This document shows, in pieces, positions 59,080 through 64,000 of a stretch of 64,000 nt of DNA. Within the stretch, counting starts at the first letter, position 1. Every line of letters begins with the position of its first letter. The notes beneath the pieces were generated by a model. That model made no database searches, was not told the origin of the DNA, and saw nothing but the letters and a program-made list of their open reading frames with translations. The DNA is from Rhodoferax sp. (lineage in GTDB: Bacteria; Pseudomonadota; Gammaproteobacteria; Burkholderiales; Burkholderiaceae_C), in assembly GCF_034520025.1 (NCBI RefSeq), contig NZ_JAXHNZ010000002.1, forward strand, positions 1,722,460 to 1,786,459, in the 5' to 3' direction. Made by a program: the position numbers and the translations under genes.

Positions 59080-59991
59080 TCAACCCGCCTTGCGGGCACA
59101 AATAAAGAATTCGCGGTTTCCGTCTCCACCTTCGATGGCGGAGTCAAACCAATGGGTCACGGTGAGCCCGAGGTCTGCACACGTCTCGCGCAAGCGCTGT
59201 TCCACGATCGGGTACATGGCTGGATCTTTGACGATCCCGCCCTTGCCCACCTGGCCGGGCTGCAGCTCGAACTGGGGTTTGACCAGAGTGAGCAACATGC
59301 CACCCTCTTTGAGCAACTCCACCGCTGCAGGCAGCACCAGGGTCTGCGAAATAAAGGACAGATCAGCCACGAGCAGATCAAAGGGCGGAGCAAACTCAGG
59401 CGGCAGTTCTACCGGTTCTGGCTCGGCAGCCTCTTGCGCCGGAGCCGCGTCTTCGTCGTCGAAGTCGTCTTCATCGCCCCAGTCATCCACGCTGTCTGAT
59501 TCTTCATCAAATTGGCCGCCCGCGCCGGTGCTATCTGCGTAAGCAGCTACCAAATCCATAGCAGACAGCGTGCGCGCGTTGACAGACTCGACGCACAGCA
59601 CACGCGGATCGCTGCGCAGCGAGGGATGCAACTGGGCACTGCCCACATCCACGCCCACGACCGATTGCGCACCGGCTTGCAGCAAGCAATCAGTGAAGCC
59701 ACCGGTGCTTTGCCCCACATCCAGACAACGCAGTCCGGTGACAGACAAGCCGACGTGCTTCAGGGCAGCTTCGAGCTTGAGGCCACCGCGGGACACGTAA
59801 CGCGCTTCGGAATCATCGAGCAAACGGATCTTGGCGCCATCGGGCACTTCATCGCCATTTTTGGCCACACGTTTCCAGACTTCGCCCGCAAGCTCCATCT
59901 TCAGCCACTCCACGCCATCCGCAATCAGGCGCTGGGCCTGCGAGCGGGTGCTGGCCAGCCCGCGCTGCACCAAAAGTTGATCAATTCGCAT
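59080..59991 (-). CDS. tlyA: TlyA family rRNA 2'-O-methyltransferase
   Basis: MRIDQLL S4 domain, YVSRGGLKL, LDVGQSTGGFTD, DLSFIS, LVKPQFE, GGDGNREF. Confidence 0.94.
   Translation of the reverse strand: MRIDQLLVQRGLASTRSQAQRLIADGVEWLKMELAGEVWKRVAKNGDEVPDGAKIRLLDDSEARYVSRGGLKLEAALKHVGLSVTGLRCLDVGQSTGGFTDCLLQAGAQSVVGVDVGSAQLHPSLRSDPRVLCVESVNARTLSAMDLVAAYADSTGAGGQFDEESDSVDDWGDEDDFDDEDAAPAQEAAEPEPVELPPEFAPPFDLLVADLSFISQTLVLPAAVELLKEGGMLLTLVKPQFELQPGQVGKGGIVKDPAMYPIVEQRLRETCADLGLTVTHWFDSAIEGGDGNREFFICARKAG
59505..59564 (-). repeat. 60-bp dispersed motif, copy 8 (inside tlyA, in frame)
   Basis: CTGCTATGGATTTGGTAGCTGCTTACGCAGATAGCACCGGCGCGGGCGGCCAATTTGATG; encodes SAMDLVAAYADSTGAGGQFD. Confidence 0.88.
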
Positions 59992-60030
59992 CGTTATCCA
60001 AAGTTATCGCACACACCCTCTAGGCCAGAG

Positions 60031-60104
60031 ATACCGCAGGTTCGGCTCTGCCGACCTGCTGGTATTGCCCCTTGAGGGGGAGGCGCCAAAGGCGCCTCGG
60101 GGGT
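60031..60104. repeat. Three-hairpin REP-like element between ahcY and tlyA
   Basis: ATACC-GCAGG-T-TCGGC/GCCGA-CCTGC-T-GGTAT, CCCC-TTGA-GGGG, GAGGCGCC-AAA-GGCGCCTC. Confidence 0.65.
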
Positions 60105-60108
60105 GCTA

Positions 60109-61629
60109 TTAATAGCGGTAAGTGTCCGCCTTGTAGGGGCCGGCTTGACTCACACCGATGTACGCGGCCTGTTCTGCGGTCAGCTCGCTCAGCATCGCGC
60201 CAACCTTCTTCAAGTGCAAACGTGCCACCTTTTCATCCAAGTGCTTGGGCAAGACATAGACCTGACCGGCCTTGTATTCCTTGGGCTTGGTGAACAGTTC
60301 GATCTGTGCGATCGTCTGGTTTGCAAAGCTGGAAGACATCACAAAGCTGGGGTGGCCGGTGCCGCAACCCAGGTTCACCAAGCGGCCCTTCGCCAACAAG
60401 ATGATGCGCTTGGAAGCCTTCTTGCCCTTGGCAGGGAAGATCACGTGGTCCACTTGGGGCTTGATCTCTTCCCACTTCAGCTTTTCCAGCGAAGCGACGT
60501 CGATTTCATTGTCAAAGTGACCGATGTTGCAGACGATGGCTTGGTCCTTCATGGCTTCCATGTGCTTGAAGGTGATGACGTTTTTGTTGCCCGTGGCGGA
60601 CACAAAAATATCGGCCTTGTCGGCAGCGTATTCCATGGTCACGACCTTGTAGCCTTCCATGGCGGCTTGCAAGGCGTTGATCGGGTCAATTTCTGTCACC
60701 CATACTTGGGCGGACAAAGCACGCAGCGCCTGGGCGGAGCCCTTGCCCACGTCACCGTAACCAGCGACCACAGCGACCTTGCCGGCAATCATCACATCGG
60801 TGGCGCGCTTGATCGCGTCGACCAAAGACTCGCGGCAGCCGTACAGGTTGTCGAACTTGCTCTTGGTCACCGAGTCATTCACGTTGATGGCGCGGAATGC
60901 CAATGTGCCCTTGGCAGACATTTCGTTCAAGCGCAGCACACCGGTCGTCGTTTCTTCAGTCACGCCAATGATGTTCTTCAGGCGGCGGCTGTACCAGGTG
61001 GGGTCCACCTTCAGTTTGGCCTTGATGGCATTGAACAGGCAGATTTCTTCTTCGCTACCGGGCTTGGCCAAAACCTTGATGTCCTTCTCGGCGCGGGCGC
61101 CCAGGTGCATCAACAAGGTGGCATCGCCGCCGTCATCCAGAATCATGTTCGGGCCTTCAGCCGCAGTGCCCTTCTTGCCGCCGAATTCAAAAATGCGGTG
61201 GGTGAAGTCCCAGTACTCTTCCAGGGACTCGCCCTTGTGCGCGAACACGGGGGTGCCCTTGGCCACCAGCGCAGCAGCTGCGTGATCCTGGGTGGAGAAG
61301 ATGTTGCACGAGGCCCAACGAACTTCGGCGCCCAGGGACTGCAGGGTTTCGACCAGCACGCCGGTCTGAATGGTCATGTGCAGGGAACCGGTGATGCGCG
61401 CGCCCTTCAGAGGCTGGGCCTTGGCGAACTCTTCACGGATGGCCATCAGGCCGGGCATTTCGGTTTCGGCGATGGTCAGCTCTTTGCGGCCCCAATCGGC
61501 CAGGCTCAGGTCGGCGATCTTGAAGTCTTCAAATTGGGCCACGACGGCCTTTGCGGCAGTTACCGCTTTGACGGCCTTCACAGCCTTGGGGGTCTTGGCG
61601 TTCTTAACCAGTTTCAATACAGCGCTCAT
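60109..61629 (-). CDS. ahcY: Adenosylhomocysteinase
   Basis: [63 protein letters not shown]. Confidence 0.99.
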   Translation of the reverse strand: MSAVLKLVKNAKTPKAVKAVKAVTAAKAVVAQFEDFKIADLSLADWGRKELTIAETEMPGLMAIREEFAKAQPLKGARITGSLHMTIQTGVLVETLQSLGAEVRWASCNIFSTQDHAAAALVAKGTPVFAHKGESLEEYWDFTHRIFEFGGKKGTAAEGPNMILDDGGDATLLMHLGARAEKDIKVLAKPGSEEEICLFNAIKAKLKVDPTWYSRRLKNIIGVTEETTTGVLRLNEMSAKGTLAFRAINVNDSVTKSKFDNLYGCRESLVDAIKRATDVMIAGKVAVVAGYGDVGKGSAQALRALSAQVWVTEIDPINALQAAMEGYKVVTMEYAADKADIFVSATGNKNVITFKHMEAMKDQAIVCNIGHFDNEIDVASLEKLKWEEIKPQVDHVIFPAKGKKASKRIILLAKGRLVNLGCGTGHPSFVMSSSFANQTIAQIELFTKPKEYKAGQVYVLPKHLDEKVARLHLKKVGAMLSELTAEQAAYIGVSQAGPYKADTYRY

Positions 61630-61716
61630 GGTGTGCTCCAAACGTTGATTTGCATAGCCACTGGCACACTCGGGGAGGGAATTTGACAAGCAACTCACCG
61701 CACGCGTTTCCAGTGG

Positions 61717-61818
61717 GTGAGCGCCGTTGTGAAGGCACGGTGCTGATTGCACCGTGTGTTCCGAGCCTCACTCGCGGTACCTACATGGGTACATGGCGGG
61801 CTGCAACGCTCCTCGGAA
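61717..61818 (-). ncRNA. SAH riboswitch upstream of ahcY
   Basis: Minus strand TTCCGAGGAGCGTTGCAG...AGGCTCGGAA...CAACGGCGCTCAC: P1 pairing plus pseudoknot partner typical of SAH riboswitches. A TAAAAT -10 box lies just upstream (61826-61831). Confidence 0.92.
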
Positions 61819-61889
61819 TGTGCGCATTTTAACCATGCGCCGATGCCACACCGCGCCGCCGGGACAATGCCCCGACAAGTCGAGTGCAC

Positions 61890-62903
61890 TCAATCGGCCG
61901 GGCCGCTACTACTCCCCACTTGCAAAGCGGGTTGGCGGAACAGCTGGTAAGGGCCGCTTTCGGGGTCACGTAGCACTTGCATCACCATCTCGGCCAAAGC
62001 GATGCCGGTGGTTTGCGGTGTAGGCTGCGTCACGGTAGTCACGTTCAGCCCGGTCAGCAAGGTGTCTTGCGGAATGTCGCCATGCACCACCACCGAGATG
62101 TCTTGCCCGACGCGCAGCCCCGCATCCATCAGCCCACGGATCAGGCCGACGCCGCCCAAGTTGTTGTCTACCAGCACCGCCGTAGGACGCGGGGACAGGG
62201 CCAAGACCTGCGCTACCGCATTCAACCCGCTACGCCGGTCGTTCACACCCCCGATGCAACAGCCGGACGGGCACTCCACACCGGCTGCCTGCAATGTGCT
62301 GACATAGCCCCGATGCCGCTGAAAAGCAAAATTCAACTCCAGTGGCGCATGCACATACGCAATACGGGTGTGGCCCAAGGCCAGCAAATGCTCCACGGCC
62401 AGTTTGCTGCCCAAGTCATTGTCAAAGTCCAGCCACGAATAGTGCGCGCACTCTGCGGTGCGGCCGTAGCCTACAAAGGGGTAGTTGTTTTCCAGCAAAA
62501 AATCTACGCGCGGGTCGTGCACACGGGTGTTAGGCACGATGACCGCATCCACCCGCCCGCCTTTGAACAGGCGCTCGTAAATTTCCAGCTCGGTTTCGTT
62601 TTTGGCCACCGCCAGTAACAAGTCTTGGTGCTCGCGCTCCAAGCGCTCGCCCAGACCATCGGCCATGTCCAAAAACTGCGGGTTACCCAGGTTTTCGACT
62701 GCCGCGGAATACACAATGCCGATCGCATCAGTATTGCCGCGCACCAGCCGGCGCGCACCCGCGTCGGGGCGGTAGCCCATGGCGTCTGCCATCTCTTTCA
62801 CACGGGTGCGGGTGAGTGCGTTGACGTCGGTGTACCCGTTCAAGGCCCTACTAACCGTGGAGGTGGACAGCCCTAGTGCCTGGGCCAACTGCTTGATGCT
62901 CAC
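61890..62903 (-). CDS. LacI family transcriptional regulator
   Basis: SIKQLAQALGLSTSTVSRALNG, MGYRPD..AR.L, DFDN..G, GHTRIA, DISVV. Confidence 0.94.
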   Translation of the reverse strand: MSIKQLAQALGLSTSTVSRALNGYTDVNALTRTRVKEMADAMGYRPDAGARRLVRGNTDAIGIVYSAAVENLGNPQFLDMADGLGERLEREHQDLLLAVAKNETELEIYERLFKGGRVDAVIVPNTRVHDPRVDFLLENNYPFVGYGRTAECAHYSWLDFDNDLGSKLAVEHLLALGHTRIAYVHAPLELNFAFQRHRGYVSTLQAAGVECPSGCCIGGVNDRRSGLNAVAQVLALSPRPTAVLVDNNLGGVGLIRGLMDAGLRVGQDISVVVHGDIPQDTLLTGLNVTTVTQPTPQTTGIALAEMVMQVLRDPESGPYQLFRQPALQVGSSSGPAD

Positions 62904-63047
62904 GCTTGTCTCCGCGAATGCTGTGTTTGTTGTGGGGCGAGTTTAAAGCCGACCCCGCGTGCGGCTGGCGGGGCACCTCTGTAAAATACGCCCTCTTTCC
63001 CCGCGGCCCGCCTGTGATGCGCGGCCCACCCGACCCTGGATCCCCCT

Positions 63048-64000
63048 GTGACCTACGCACCCGAGACCAAGCGCCGCCGCACTTTTGCGATCATTTCCCA
63101 CCCGGACGCCGGCAAGACCACGCTCACTGAAAAGCTCTTGCTGTTCTCGGGCGCGATCCAGATCGCCGGCTCGGTGAAGGCCCGCAAGGCCAGCCGCCAC
63201 GCTACCTCTGACTGGATGGAAATCGAAAAGCAGCGTGGCATCTCGGTGGCCTCCTCGGTCATGCAGATGTCGTACCGCGACCATGTGGTCAACCTGCTCG
63301 ACACCCCCGGCCACAAAGACTTCAGTGAAGACACCTACCGCGTGCTCACCGCCGTGGACTCGGCCCTTATGGTGATTGACGCGGCCAACGGTGTGGAAGC
63401 CCAGACCCGCCGCCTGATCGAGGTGTGCCGCCAGCGAGATACGCCCATCATCACCTTCGTGAACAAGATGGACCGCGAAGTCCGCGAGCCCCTGGACATC
63501 CTGGACGAAATCGAGCGCGAATTGGGCATGCCCTGCGTGCCGATGACCTGGCCTGTGGGCCAAGGCAAGCTGTTCGGCGGCATCATCAACCTGCGCACCC
63601 AGGCCATGACCGTGTTTGAGAGTGGCAGCGAGCGCCGCCCGCAAGACTTTGACGCCATCCCCCTGAGCGACCCGGCAGCGCTCAAGGCTCGCTTTGGCCA
63701 CGAATGGGACACCGCTGTTGAGAGCATGGAACTCGCCACCGGCGCCTCGCCCGCATGGGACCACGAAGCCTTTTTAGCTGGCAAACAGACGCCCGTGTTC
63801 TTCGGCTCCGGGGTCAACAACTTCGGCGTGATGGAAGTGCTGGACGCGCTGGTCGACTTGGCGCCCGCACCCCAGAAACGCATCAGCACTAAGCTGGTGA
63901 ATCGCCAGCCCGTGGTCAAAGAGATTCAGCCCGAAGACAGCGCCTTCAGTGGCGTGGTCTTCAAGGTGCAGGCCAACATGGACGCCAACCACCGCGACCG
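63048..64000 (+). CDS. prfC: Peptide chain release factor 3 (5' part; runs off the window)
   Basis: Translated by hand from GTG 63048: RRRTFAIISHPDAGKTTLTEKLL, SDWMEIEKQRGISV, LLDTPGHKDFSEDTYR, NKMDRE, FKVQANMDANHRD. Confidence 0.97.
   Translation, partial: MTYAPETKRRRTFAIISHPDAGKTTLTEKLLLFSGAIQIAGSVKARKASRHATSDWMEIEKQRGISVASSVMQMSYRDHVVNLLDTPGHKDFSEDTYRVLTAVDSALMVIDAANGVEAQTRRLIEVCRQRDTPIITFVNKMDREVREPLDILDEIERELGMPCVPMTWPVGQGKLFGGIINLRTQAMTVFESGSERRPQDFDAIPLSDPAALKARFGHEWDTAVESMELATGASPAWDHEAFLAGKQTPVFFGSGVNNFGVMEVLDALVDLAPAPQKRISTKLVNRQPVVKEIQPEDSAFSGVVFKVQANMDANHRD

Noticed and set aside
63048-63200. ICE integration at the 5' end of prfC (known SXT/R391 site)
   Set aside because: No integrase, att duplication or compositional shift next to prfC in this window.

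Overview
This 64-kb window is mostly core chromosome of a GC-rich betaproteobacterium; gene content and order suggest Comamonadaceae (Rhodoferax/Curvibacter-like, inferred). It holds about 58 protein genes: glmS/glmU, slt, cca, ruvA/ruvB, tyrS, rplM-rpsI, ahcY-tlyA-metF under an SAH riboswitch, partial prfC, a glucose-type sugar ABC cluster with a duplicated binding protein, an Fe3+ ABC transporter with a Fur box, and a pterin/ttcA/ether-lipid-like operon. I found no rRNA, tRNA, CRISPR, transposase or integrase. Five things stand out. (1) A gap-free 60-bp motif (GCTA-N9-TAGC-N5-GCGC-N11-G[C/G]GC) occurs 8 times; six copies lie inside genes, always sense and in the same reading frame, sometimes overprinting conserved protein motifs. 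(2) A lower-GC patch at about 22.4-24.0 kb holds a textbook 58-bp attC site and two cassette-like genes (a frameshifted YniB-like gene and a HEPN-like ORF) with no integrase. (3) A binding-protein gene joins a MASE1-PAS-GGDEF gene through a -1 slippery heptamer, and that gene also has an in-frame amber stop. (4) An AGMO-like/YhhN fusion lies in a probable operon with pterin enzymes. (5) An alpha-carbonic anhydrase with altered catalytic residues splits ruvA from ruvB. All family assignments come from motif recognition by eye; no database searches were run.
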